A stretch of 45,454 nt of DNA, filler included, from Sphacelaria rigidula (GCA_964200075.2; 2 parts of 2 records of this genome joined end to end with filler, not necessarily neighbours in it); one strand, 5' to 3'; shown: positions 1 through 10,846, counted from the whole stretch's first letter. Notes: generated by a model not told the origin, from the letters alone. Numbers and translations are program-made.

Positions 1-119
1 GTTTCTTCCCTATGACTTTACTCGCTGTGTTCTTGACCACCTGCTCCCATCCTCCTACAATCTTTATCTGCTCCCATGATTTGTTTTTCAGCTTATTCAT
101 TTTTTGCACCCTGAACTCC

Positions 120-330
120 TGCCGTCTTTCGGGACGAGTCTGTTGTCTCAAGGAAGGGATCAGCCCATCTCTTGCATGTTGATCTCGCTGATCATGACAA
201 ACACTCCCACACGGCATCAACTCTCGTCGGACCAACCCAGTCAAGTACGTTTTGTCTACTCATGTACTCACGCTTTCGATGGTGGAAATTAGATACTGGG
301 GAGAACACTATACCTAATGAATCGGGACCC
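120..330 (-). mobile_element. Dispersed SINE-like repeat, family B copy 1
   Basis: Aligns by eye with 33290-33530 (gtctcaagg...cccatctct...tcatgac...tcaac.ctcgtcg...cacgcttt.ga.ggtggaaat). Confidence 0.5.
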
Positions 331-2870
331 CAACTCACGATCTCTCCACCCCAGTGATGACAATCGGACTTTTTTCCCTCCACACCACCGACCGGGGCGC
401 GGCGGCTACAAATGGTGCACACCGCTACCATAAAAGGCACTTACTACGGTAGCCCCCCCCAAACCAGCCCAAAACTGTCACGCAGCAAATGGTCACACAG
501 CCCCTGATGTTTGGTTTCAGGCTGCATGAAGCGCCTCATATGGGCGATATGGGTGAAAACGAACCCGAGCGCGGGATTTCCCAGCTGCTCGTTGTGCTCG
601 ACTTTCTTCATTTCGATTCACGTGTAGAGCTTTCATCCCCAAACCAGCCACTTTTTTCGGGTGTGCTATCGTCGAAATTGTCAGGATTACTCAATACAAA
701 ACAGGAGCCGCCCTCTTTTTTTTCCCGAATATTGAAGGGCATAGCCGATGAAAAGACGCGAGCACCGCAGACATCATCCTCGCGGGTTAGCGAACAACAA
801 GTAGTTCGTGGGTCCTTTTTCCCCTTTCGTATCCTCCGAGGTCGGGTGGAAACCTTCCGATGATGCGCCAAGCGCTTGGGGAAAAATACAAGGATGAACT
901 TGAATAATGCTTTCCTCTTCCGTCTGTGAAAATAAAGTTGACGTTGAGGAACGCTTCATGTCTCGTAGCTAATGTTGGGCATCAATCGTTGAAGGTACCA
1001 TATTAGTCACTATATAATGTAGTGTGTAAATACCACTCGTGTGGACATGCTGCTGCTACTACCACAACTAAAACGCTGGTGACAACCAAGCACTCTACAC
1101 ACGGGACATCAGACAGCTGACGCAAGAGTGTAACTCTCTTGTGCGATCCTGTGTGCTAGACTGCAGAGCGCCGCTTTCTCTCGCAAGTATGCAACACGCC
1201 GCCCTCACAAGCTCATCACTCACCATGATTACAATTATGGTATCAAGTTCGGCGCAGTGCGTCTCGAGTACCAACCAGTAGTCTGGGCAAGCTTGGCGAG
1301 GCGTGTGAGATAGCGTTGCTACTTTGGTGGCAGGCTATCGTTACCGTGCGCTCGTGTGCATACATGTGTACGGTATGAGCGTGGTCTGCATCCGAGGTCA
1401 TCGAGACAGAGCGGGCGAGGAGCAAAAGCAAATATACGAACCTCGCGAAGCCCACCAGACTCTTCGGCTTTTGTCAATGCTTCTAGATCGATTTCTGCAA
1501 CAATATCAACAAAAAATAAAACAAAATCATGACAACCTTCGAAAAATTGCGCCCCTGGGAGGGGAGGGAAGGGCAGCGAAAGGGAGGGGAGGGAAGGGGA
1601 GGGGGGGGGGCTCCGTGTCCGGAAATCTTCTCCTGACAGACCCCTGGTTGCACAACTCTTTTTTTCAGCTCTCCTCATGCTACTGACCTGGGCTGTAGCA
1701 ATCTAACAGAGGGGAATGACGTCTAGCCCAAGTCCGAACAACATGTAAGCAAACGGTGCAACCTTCTCGACCTCTCTGCGGCATATGAGGTTTGAGTAGC
1801 GCACGCGTCCCCAGCAAATATCCCGACAAGAGTAATGGCAAACAACGAACAAATCGCTGTTTTCAGTTTGATTATTTCATCACAATCCGTACCTATGAAC
1901 TCGGTGCCGTACTCGGATGATTACCCACCGCCTGCCTGCTCTTCGGCATCTCTAGTACCCGATACAGACTCAAGTGGAACATGACTGTCCGTATACAAAA
2001 CTATTCAAAGAATCTGTGAGACTATAAAACGGTCCCCATGGATCTTTCGCACGTACGAGCTCCTCGATTTTGACAGATTGAGGTCTCCATAGAATCGAGA
2101 TTCGTCGCCAACAACTAGTCCAACACAGCCGATTTGCACCAATCTTTGCATCCGCGAATGCCGTGGACATACTCAATCATGGCAACATGAAAGTAATGTA
2201 CCACAGAACAGCACGCCAATTAGCTTCATTGGAACCGTACTTGCAAATAATCCAGATGCATGTCTTCATAATCAAAGTCATGAAACGCGCAGGATTACCT
2301 TCCTTTGACACGAGGGTGTTGCAGGTTGACACCCAGTTCTCGAATCCACAGCATGAAGTTGCAACTTTGCGCCTCGGATCAGGAATTGACAGGCCCAAAT
2401 AAAATGTCCTCCTTATCGGTACAGGCTTCTACGGGCTGTTCCAACCGAAGGGAGAAGAAGTGGCTGTTCCAACCGAAGGTAGAAGAAGTGCGACCCTGTC
2501 CAGGTCCTGCTCACGGTGCGTCGCACCGATACAGGAATAACCAACACGTTAAAATCGATTGAGATCGATCAAACCCTTTTGCTGTCCCAACGAGGACAAG
2601 AGAGAGCGGAGAATGGAGCAGTAGGAACGAGGGATGCTGCACGGATGACATACCCCATCCCAACCGCGGAAATAATGTTCAAGCTGTATCGACTCGGTCA
2701 CGAATCGTTTGCAATTCTTGCCGTATAGATTTGCCACTCACGCCGAAAGCGTACTGTAAATGCCTTCCTCTCCGATCCGCCATGCCACGATTACACGCTT
2801 CGCTCGGCCGTCTGGCACCTTTGATTCTCATGTGCACTGTCAAGTGTTCGGGGTCGGCGAGTGCGCGCCT

Positions 2871-3030
2871 CACACGTTTTCTTCCGAACATGTGACATCC
2901 TCCACAAGCCGGTTGTTCCCTTGGTGATGCACGACCTATTCCCAGCGAGAATGGACACAACAGTAATGCTACAGTGCTCACAGCAAAGCAGCATCTGACG
3001 CATGAACGTTCTGCAGTACGCTGTGCTAGT
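2871..3030 (-). pseudogene. Possible highly diverged relic EsV-1-7 unit downstream of the gene
   Basis: CCEHCS-x7-AGNR-x12-MSHVRKKTC has the same spacing as the array unit CS-x7-AGNR-x12-MVNVARKKC. A frameshifted YC..HASD motif precedes it. Confidence 0.4.
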
Positions 3031-3329
3031 GTCAACCAACAGGACAGACATAACAGCGTTCATGCTCGCTACAATAATAAAAGCACCCCTATGCCAACTG
3101 CTTTTTCCAAGAAGCCCTTGGTTGAACAAACAGCAGAATCCCGCCGCAGGCATCATCACAGTCACACAAGAATAGCTAGACCCTGTCGCAACGGCACGCA
3201 CGAAAACCGGGGCTGCGGTGGTGCATTTGAATATACCGCCTAACTCTTTAGTAAAAACGGGCGCTGAGCTACTGATGGGCGTGCGACGAACATGTCATTA
3301 TCACTGACTCGCGTTCGTGTTGGGTACAC

Positions 3330-5636
3330 TTACGCAGGGGGGGGAAACGGAGCCGAAACTGCCAGCTCCATCTTCATGCCTTCCTTTTCACCATAAAACA
3401 CCACTGAAGAAGCATCTACAGCAGCGTCTCCTGCCCGAAGGTGTTCACGAATCATGGACGGCGTCGTGCGAATCCGCTTCTTCATTCTTTCATCACAACT
3501 ACCGCTGGAGTTACTCTCAATTCTGCAACTCCCACCTTCATCAGAGGAGGTGGCCACGCCAACTCTCCTTCGCAAGCTCTGCATGGAACGCTGAAGGGGA
3601 GCACACTCTTCCACTTTCACCCTTGTGTGCGGATTTGTCCCCGAAGGTATGCCTTTGGCACCCTTGGCAGGCTGCGACGGCGCGGTACCAACACGTTCAC
3701 AACTTCCGAGCAAAACAGGCCCGAACCCGACGTCACCCCCACCACCCCTGTGACAGGTAGAATATTCGGGTTGTCTGTCCTGGGTGGAATTTTCATACAA
3801 GATGTCTGCATGTTGCCCTCGCCTGGTTAGTTGGCATACGTTACCCTGTTCGACGCCATCAACGCGATATACGAGCCGATTCGAGCAGCCCTCGTTGCCG
3901 TACCTGTTGCTCATTACATTGACCATCCCCAGCCTGGCGTGATCGGCACAGAACTCCGCCAACCGACTTCCCGCTACGCCGTACGATGGATGTTTAGAGC
4001 AGCCCTCGTTGCTGCACTTCTTGCTCGCCACATTGACCATCCCCAGCCTGGCGTGGTCGGCATAGAACTTTGCCATCCCATTTCCCGCTACACCGTGCGA
4101 TGGTTTCTTGGAGCAAACCTCGTTGCCGCACTTACTGCTCACTACATTAACCATCCCCACCCTCGCATGATCGGCACAGAACTGCGCCTTCCGACTGCCC
4201 GCTACACCGTGCGATGGTTGTTTGGAGCAACCCTCGTTGTCGCACTTCTTTCTCGCTACATTAACCATCCCCAGCCTGGCGTGGTCGGCACAGAACTGCG
4301 CCTTCCGACTACCCGCTACACCGTACGATGGTTGTTTGGAGCAACCCTCGTTGCCGCACTTCTTTCTCGCTACATTAACCATCCCCGCCCTGGCGTGATC
4401 GGCACAGAACTCCGCCCTCCGATTTCCCGCTACACCATACGACGGTTGTCTGGAGCAGCCCTCGTTGCCGCACTTTTTGCTCGCTACATTAACCATCCCC
4501 GCCCTGGCGTGATCGGCACAGAACTCCGCCTTCCGATTTCCCGCTACACCGTACGATGGTTGTTTGGAGCAGCCCTCGTTGCCGCACCTCTTGCTCACCA
4601 CATTGACCATCCCCGCCCTGGAGTGATCAACACAGAACTCCGCCCTCCGGCTTCCCGCAACACCGTACGATGGTTTCTTGGAGCAGCCCTCGTTGCCGCA
4701 CTTCCTGCTGATTACATTGACCATCCCCGACCTGGCATGGTCGGCACAGAACTCTGCCTTCCGGCTTCCCGTTACACCGTACGATGCTCGTTTGGAGCAG
4801 CCCTCTTTGCAGCACTTCTTCCTCGATACATTAACCATTCTCGCCCTGGCGTGGTCGGTATAGACCTCCGCCTCGCGGCTTCCCGCTACACCGTCCAATG
4901 GTCCTACGGGGGGGGGCTTTTTGCCACACTCCTTGCTCGCTACATTGACCATTCCCGATCCTGCGTGGTCGCCACAGAAGAGTCTTTCCCTGCTTCCCGC
5001 TACACCGTACGATGGATATTTGGAGCAGCCCTCGAAGCCGCACCTCTTGCCCACTACATTAACCATCCCTGCCCTCGCGTGATCGGGACAGAATTCCGCC
5101 TTCCGACTTCCCGCTACTCCGTGAGATCGATGTTTCGAGCAGCCCTCGTTGCCGCACTTCCTGCTCACGACATCGACCATCCCCACCCTGGCGTGGGTGG
5201 CACAGAACTCCGGCGTCCGGCTTCCCGCAACACCGTACGATGGAACTTTGGAGCAACCCTCGTTGCCGCACTTCCGGCTCACGACATTGACCATCCCAAG
5301 ACTTGCGTGGCCAACACAGAACTCCGGCTTCCGGCTTCCCGCTACACCGAACGATGGTCGTTTGGAGCAGCCCTCTTCGCCACACTTTTCACTTCTCACA
5401 TTGACCATCCCCACCCTTGCATGGTGAGCACAGAACTCCGTTTTCCGGCTTCCCGCTACACCATACGATGGTTTTTTGTAGCAGCCCTCATAGCCGCATT
5501 TCTTGCTCACAACATTGATCATCCCAGGACTTGCGTGGTCAGCACAGAATTCCGCCTTGCGGCTTCCTGCTATACCGTACGATCTTTGTTTGGAGCAGCC
5601 CTCGTTGCCGCACTGTTTGCTCCTTGGATTAGCCAT
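3330..5636 (-). CDS. EsV-1-7 cysteine-rich repeat protein (768 aa, single exon), putative multi-zinc-finger nucleic-acid-binding protein
   Basis: Uninterrupted 768-aa ORF. It has 15 full 38-aa units of consensus KKCGNEGCSKQPSYGVAGSRKAEFCADHARAGMVNVVS (C-x4-C-x16-C-x2-H) plus a partial 16th, matching the EsV-1-7 repeat family of brown algae and phaeoviruses. A non-repetitive tail of about 175 aa follows. The start codon is uncertain because a decayed unit lies upstream. Confidence 0.88.
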   Translation of the reverse strand: MANPRSKQCGNEGCSKQRSYGIAGSRKAEFCADHASPGMINVVSKKCGYEGCYKKPSYGVAGSRKTEFCAHHARVGMVNVRSEKCGEEGCSKRPSFGVAGSRKPEFCVGHASLGMVNVVSRKCGNEGCSKVPSYGVAGSRTPEFCATHARVGMVDVVSRKCGNEGCSKHRSHGVAGSRKAEFCPDHARAGMVNVVGKRCGFEGCSKYPSYGVAGSRERLFCGDHAGSGMVNVASKECGKKPPPVGPLDGVAGSREAEVYTDHARARMVNVSRKKCCKEGCSKRASYGVTGSRKAEFCADHARSGMVNVISRKCGNEGCSKKPSYGVAGSRRAEFCVDHSRAGMVNVVSKRCGNEGCSKQPSYGVAGNRKAEFCADHARAGMVNVASKKCGNEGCSRQPSYGVAGNRRAEFCADHARAGMVNVARKKCGNEGCSKQPSYGVAGSRKAQFCADHARLGMVNVARKKCDNEGCSKQPSHGVAGSRKAQFCADHARVGMVNVVSSKCGNEVCSKKPSHGVAGNGMAKFYADHARLGMVNVASKKCSNEGCSKHPSYGVAGSRLAEFCADHARLGMVNVMSNRYGNEGCSNRLVYRVDGVEQGNVCQLTRRGQHADILYENSTQDRQPEYSTCHRGGGGDVGFGPVLLGSCERVGTAPSQPAKGAKGIPSGTNPHTRVKVEECAPLQRSMQSLRRRVGVATSSDEGGSCRIESNSSGSCDERMKKRIRTTPSMIREHLRAGDAAVDASSVVFYGEKEGMKMELAVSAPFPPPA
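3855..5618 (-). repeat. Coding tandem array of 114-bp units (EsV-1-7 repeats)
   Basis: 114-bp periodicity is visible directly, e.g. recurrent cacagaactccgcc, ccgtacgatgg and ggagcagccctcgttgccgcac on the + strand. Confidence 0.95.
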
Positions 5637-5720
5637 CCCTACACCGTACGATGGTCGTTTGGCGATGTCCTCGTTAACCGCACAATTTGTTTACTTAATT
5701 GACCATCGGCACCTCCACGA
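5637..5720 (-). pseudogene. Decayed EsV-1-7 unit immediately upstream of the ORF start
   Basis: Minus strand reads MVN*VNKLCG/NEDIAKRPSYGV then GMANP. This is a repeat unit with a stop, a frameshift and an internal deletion. Confidence 0.65.
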
Positions 5721-6234
5721 CGATGACGCCCGTCATGCCATGTGGTGATCATTTCAAGCAGCCATTCAGGGCGCACTGCCAAGCGAGCGCCGACGCTACG
5801 TCGGCAAAACGGGAGCTCTCGCGCACACGATTTCAGCCGCTTCTAGCAGTCCCACTGTCAAATTGCCGAACAAGAGAGGCAGGCTGTCCCTCCCAATGCT
5901 GCCTGAGAATATTGAATGAATTCAAAGACAGGGTCAAATATTCTCAAGTGTTTGTCGAGGTAGGCATACAGTATTTCGAGGGGAAATGATAAATACGGGC
6001 GGCTCATATCTTGCGTGGGTCTTCACTATGTGATACGATCGGGTAGGCCGTTGCTCTGTCAGAAGTTCCATTTCCAATACATGACGTAGTGCTCCCGATT
6101 CCTCTGGTGGAGAACTTGGCAAAATCCTACATGTTTTCCCCACTGAGTTTTCCATGGGATTGCGCAGCCCACGCAAAAAAACGACACACAAACACATACC
6201 ACACACTACAGCAAAAATCCAGCAGTATGGGATG

Positions 6235-6605
6235 GTGTGTGTGCGTGCGTGCGTGCGTGTGTGTTGTCGTCCCATTTATTCTGGACGCCGGTCTAAACCT
6301 TCCCGTATATGTGGCTCATCGCGCTGGGGTCACACAGGAGGAAGGTCAACACAGGAGCTTCTTTATGGTTTGTTTCTAGTACCCTACATTCCTTTTGCGG
6401 TGCTTGCCTTCATTTTTCATTGCGAGAGGAGTTCACCAGTTCCTTTCCCTCGTCGACCATCAAGTCGAGTTTTGTGTACCCACAACATAATTGCTCTTCA
6501 CTGTTTGGGCACGGTGTGAGAAAAAAACCATGTCGCTGCGAGATTCGAACCCACGACCCAACCGTCAGAGGGTTTCGAGGTTACCAAGTGAACCACCGGG
6601 GCGAC
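6235..6605 (-). mobile_element. tRNA-derived SINE, family A, full-length copy
   Basis: Minus-strand head has Pol III box A (TGGTTCACTTGG) and box B (GGTTCGAATC) and ends in a (CA)n-type tail. The body is homologous to 22385-22680 and 22781-22990. Confidence 0.8.
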
Positions 6606-6638
6606 TGGTCGGTATCGATCGCAAAAAACACCACCAAA

Positions 6639-6667
6639 TGTGTGTGTATATATATATATATATATAT
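6639..6667. repeat. (TG)n(TA)n microsatellite
   Basis: Seen directly. Confidence 0.9.
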
Positions 6668-6769
6668 CCCTCTTAAAAGTTGTAAGATCCCAAGCCTTCA
6701 CAAAACGTTTATAGCCCACCCTCTGTCGTCGTCTGTTGTCATGTAGAAAGCTTGACAAAATTCAAATGT

Positions 6770-7920
6770 ATGCACACCACAAATGTCTCGGCCTCAGGAA
6801 ACTGCATTCAACTTGAACCATTTGCGCGGATGAAGTGGCATGATTGAGAGGATGTTAGCATCCTCGTCATGAGTACCGTCCGGCCAATTTCGGCGTTGGT
6901 ACGTGCTCTAGCTGTAGTTGTTCGTATTGACACAACTGGTCGAGGACTCCAGGCCACAAAAGGCAGGCAAGTTTCTCGGCGATTGATGGCTACAAACCTT
7001 CAGTTTACGCAACACGCATGGACATGCATGTGACAAAGGAGTACTGAAAATTATACAACAAGCATATGGAACTACACCACAAAAACCGGGAGTAAACAAC
7101 CCAAGTTGATCTTTTCATGACTGAGTCGGGAATTTTACCAAACCTCAACGGAATCCTACTGTATTCTCGGTCAAGATCGACCCATCTTCCAAGCGATAGC
7201 TCAGAAACACGACATACTGAAGGGAAGGCAACTGGAACGACTGGTTATCACAACTAAAGCAACAAACACGAGCATTTCTGCTGCTTTATGCGAGAACCGA
7301 GAGTCAGTGCCTTGCAGAATGCTGGACCTACTCAGCAAACTTATAATCAACGTGTATTAACCAGGAGACACGAGATGGGTGGGTCAACCACACAATTCGA
7401 AATATAGGACAATGAAACTCCTCAGGTTTACTCATTAGAAAAGGAGTAGTAGGTATCGGTGTCTACCGACTACGCAGTGTCCATTCCGTAGGGGAGTCAC
7501 AAAGCCACGGTATGGCTGGAGCGGTGAAGACCATGCTTGAAGACATCAAGTTCGCGTTGGTTGGCGTATATAAAAGCTCAGGTCCCGCCTCAACACCGGT
7601 ACATGACAATCTCGAAGTATTCCGGAAGAGACCCCATAACTAATACATGGCTACATCAATGATGCTCAACGAATACACGATTCTCGACGAACCTGTGATG
7701 GACTGCGCCATTTCCTTGAAGGTCCTCCACAGTATGCCTGGAGAGTTGATGCAGAGTTTGCGAATACATCTGGCTTCACATGTGTAGGTAGATACGCAAT
7801 CCGCTTCCCGTGTTTGTCACGACAAATCAAAACCAACTACTGTGCGATTGGGACACCCCATTGTATGTGGTTATGGTAAACTTGGATCCTTTGGTATGGA
7901 CTGGAACCGGGGCGTTGGAG
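6770..7920 (+). mobile_element. Degenerate Helitron/Helentron-like relic: Pif1 helicase C-terminus followed by an apurinic-type (EEP) endonuclease
   Basis: Colinear decayed motifs across stops and frameshifts. Helicase: VSRRLMATNLQFTQHAWTC..QRST (motif V, cf. RxQFPLxLAWAxTIHKSQG) and QPKLIFS*LSR..NLNGILL (motif VI, cf. YVALSRxxxLxGL). Endonuclease: CLAECW (cf. CLxETW), GVVGIGVY, FALVGVYKS, LIHGYIND (cf. GDFN) and PTT..TPLYVVMVN. Confidence 0.55.
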
Positions 7921-9454
7921 CAAAAAAGCAAGAGTCGGCAGAACGGACCTCAAATGCAGCAAATTTTGCACCAGCACATTGGACACGATAGCTGCTGAAA
8001 AATGGTGCTTCGGGTAGACGAGAATATCGACACATAGTAGCACTTTTGAGTCATAAAATCTTAGTGCACAGGGCGTGTGAACGTTACTCTAGGAGCGAAT
8101 CACACCCAGCCCCCAACACAAGACCGGGGGTAATGTTTGGGAGGCATTTACTTCAGCAGGTCGACATACTTGAATTCTTGTGGCCTCGGCGTTTTGTTCA
8201 TGATTACCTTGTTCATGTCGTGGCATCTGTTACTTCATTCTTGGTGTCGTACATGAGTTCTCGGTGTTGTTTGACTATCGCACACTAGGTGATCTCCAAT
8301 AAATCGAGGCATGGGTAAAAGGTAGACGCACTCGAGGTGAACAAAACGTCATCACTCGCCACTGATGATGGAAACTTGAGCGAGGGGAAAGATTTACAAA
8401 GGTATGATAAAAATAGCCCACCCACAATCGGTTGTATACACAAGTGCTACAAACCTACCATCATCACACAGACCGCGCTTGTTCTTCCTCTTGTTCAACG
8501 TGACTGACACCGACTGCAATCCCGTCTGATTCCTTGCTCCCACGCCGATGACACAATGTTACATGTCTTTGTTAACAGTGATACAGCATTACGGCTTCGG
8601 TGTAATCAGTTCTTCTGATGACATCACGCAGAAGCGCTTCTCCGAGGTTAGTTTCCTACTTGAGAGGGGGAAAATTCTCAGAAAAAATTAACTTCGAACA
8701 AACTTCAACACTAACACCACCACCAACCTTAACCCAACGAAGGCACACCGAGAACCCTCGGGCGAGAGAGTGGAGAGTGTTGTCTAGGCAAAGAGCGCGT
8801 TGCCAGGCCTCAAATCGGCGCCCCAGGCGCCGGTATCCACAAAACCGCGGGATGTGCAAGCTAGGAGCACGCTTGGAGGATAGCCCCAATAAAGATCCGG
8901 ATTTGGATGTTTACCCTAAAGTCAAGTCGAACTATCTGAGAAATTTCTTACCCTCCCAAGTGGTGAACTATACTGGCTTCTCCACAGACAGCAACCTTGC
9001 AACCTCCCCTCCCCATGTCATGTCCTCCCAACTTGCCCTCGGAAGGAACGACATGGTGAGTAGGAGCCTCACTCTAGACCAGTAGGTGAGGTTTCCGATA
9101 CATGTCGATACTTTGCAGGGGACAGCACCCAATCGGATCTTGACGTGTGCTCTAATTGGGAGTATCGAGGTCATACCGTACGTTAGGTTCATGTCGCCAT
9201 GTGTTGGACACAAGATTGGCCCCCGCGCAACATGCTCAAGCCTTAGACGGCGATGCAGGTAGTCCATCTCGATCACGCATATTTTCCTCGAGTGAAGTTG
9301 ATGCCGATTCATCGGGTGACCTACCGTCGCGGTCAAAGGGTTACACATGTACTTACCCCGCCGGCTATGGAGATGCCGACATATCGGTATACCGAGTCAG
9401 GAGAATAGATAGAAAATAGTGAAGAGTCCCACCGCGAATGATGACGGTCATTCG

Positions 9455-9823
9455 TACGTTTCACGACGGCATTCGAGCTCGGGTAAAGCTAGATAGTGGT
9501 GGGCTATCAGCGTGGTTCCACATCTGCGAGGGATTCAGACAAGGCTGTTGTGCAACATCTTCGGAGCAGCCTTGGGCGACGTGATGGTTGAGCGGTTCGC
9601 GGCGGACCCAGTGATCGTATCAGACTCAGTCTTTCTAGATGATGTGCCAAAAGGTGACGGTGGTGCCCCCGTGGAAGAAACACTGCTGGAAAAGGTGGGA
9701 CGCGCGGTGTGGGCAATATTCTTTGCGGACGACGCCGGCATAGTCTCGAGGACCTCAGACCGTGATAGTGGTAACCTGCCAGGAATTCGGCCTGATGGTC
9801 TCCGAGAGCAAGACAGAGTATAT
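9455..9823 (+). mobile_element. RTE-like LINE reverse transcriptase relic, 5' part
   Basis: FHDGIRARVKLDSGGLSAWF..GFRQGC..., VERFAADPVIVSD, AVWAIFFADDAGIVSRT (YADD-equivalent) and FGLMVSESKTE. Confidence 0.85.
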
Positions 9824-10107
9824 CACGGGTGGCCACTGGTGCACGTTACGGGAGGTTATTTCACTATATAACCTGGGCTATACCCATCATCTGATGTAAG
9901 GTCGGGTAACCCACGTTACAGGAGGTTACACAGCAACATAAACTAGATTATTTTCAGCACCTCATGCAACGTCGCGAGATCCACATTACAGGAGGTGATA
10001 CAGCAAGCATAACCTGGACTACTTTCAGCACCTGATGTGAGGTCGCGTAATCCACGCTCCAGGAGGCTACATGACACTATTACCTTGATTATTTGCAGCA
10101 CTTTAGA

Positions 10108-10537
10108 ACACGTTATTTCACAAATTGGGGATGGATTGTTTATTGGGGATGACAACCCGGAGAGTCCAAATCTTCGTATCCACACCAAATCTTCGGAATA
10201 TCGTTCCATTTCTTCACTTGCCGGTAGTTTTTGACAACTACTACAAGTCATACATATTTGGATTTCGATCACCGAAATGTTGGGGCCCTAAGTGAAAAAC
10301 GATTTTCGGGGAATTTTGGTGATCCGATCGGACCTCAAAATTGGTTTTTCAACTAGGACTCCAACATTTCGGTTGTCGGGATCCAAATTTGTATGGCGTG
10401 GAATAGTTGTCAATCGCTACCAGAGAGTGAAGAAATGGAACCATATTTCGGAGATTTGATGTGGATAGGAAGACTGTAATTCTCCGGGTTCTCATCCGCC
10501 AAAAAAAAAACAGCCCAAATTTGTAAAATCACGTAGT
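10108..10537. mobile_element. Fold-back MITE, family F copy 1
   Basis: About 200-bp imperfect inverted arms. Homologous to 23349-23762 and 43005-43405 (atcttcgtatccacaccaaatcttcg / tgtggatacga). Confidence 0.8.
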
Positions 10538-10779
10538 TCATGAAAGGTCAGAGAACCTCGGAGGGAACGTGCCGCGAGCCGAACACGCAGCCTTCCTTAC
10601 AGAGCGCCCCCTCCCCTCTTTTTTCATCGTCAGCTCAGCTCATGTATTTGAAGCAGCAGTCAAAAAATTGCAGGGTGTTCCTCGGAATATACCATACCAC
10701 CAACGGCTGGTATTCTTGTATGTGACGCCGCATCAGCATTGCGGAATTTACAAAAATAAAGTTGGAAAATAAAATAAAA

Positions 10780-10846
10780 CCGGGTGCGGCGGGAATCGAA
10801 CCCGCCTGGAAGGGTCCGGAATCCATTACTCGCCAGACGATGGCCA
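10780..10846 (-). mobile_element. tRNA-like SINE head or tRNA pseudogene
   Basis: Minus strand has box B GGTTCGATTCCC in a T-arm (GGCGGGTTCGATTCCCGCC) followed by T-runs. The cloverleaf is incomplete. Confidence 0.45.

Noticed and set aside
1900-2430. Protein-like minus-strand relic (LWIRELGVNLQHPRVKG...FHDFDYEDMHLDYL)
   Set aside because: Multiple stops and no family I can recognise; cannot be supported without a search.
3831-5702. 623-aa + strand ORF as a separate annotated gene
   Set aside because: Exact antisense shadow of the EsV-1-7 array with a non-ATG start and no recognisable family. Kept only as a finding.
6530-6605. Functional tRNA gene
   Set aside because: A/B boxes are present but the cloverleaf is poor and it is joined to a multicopy SINE body and tail.
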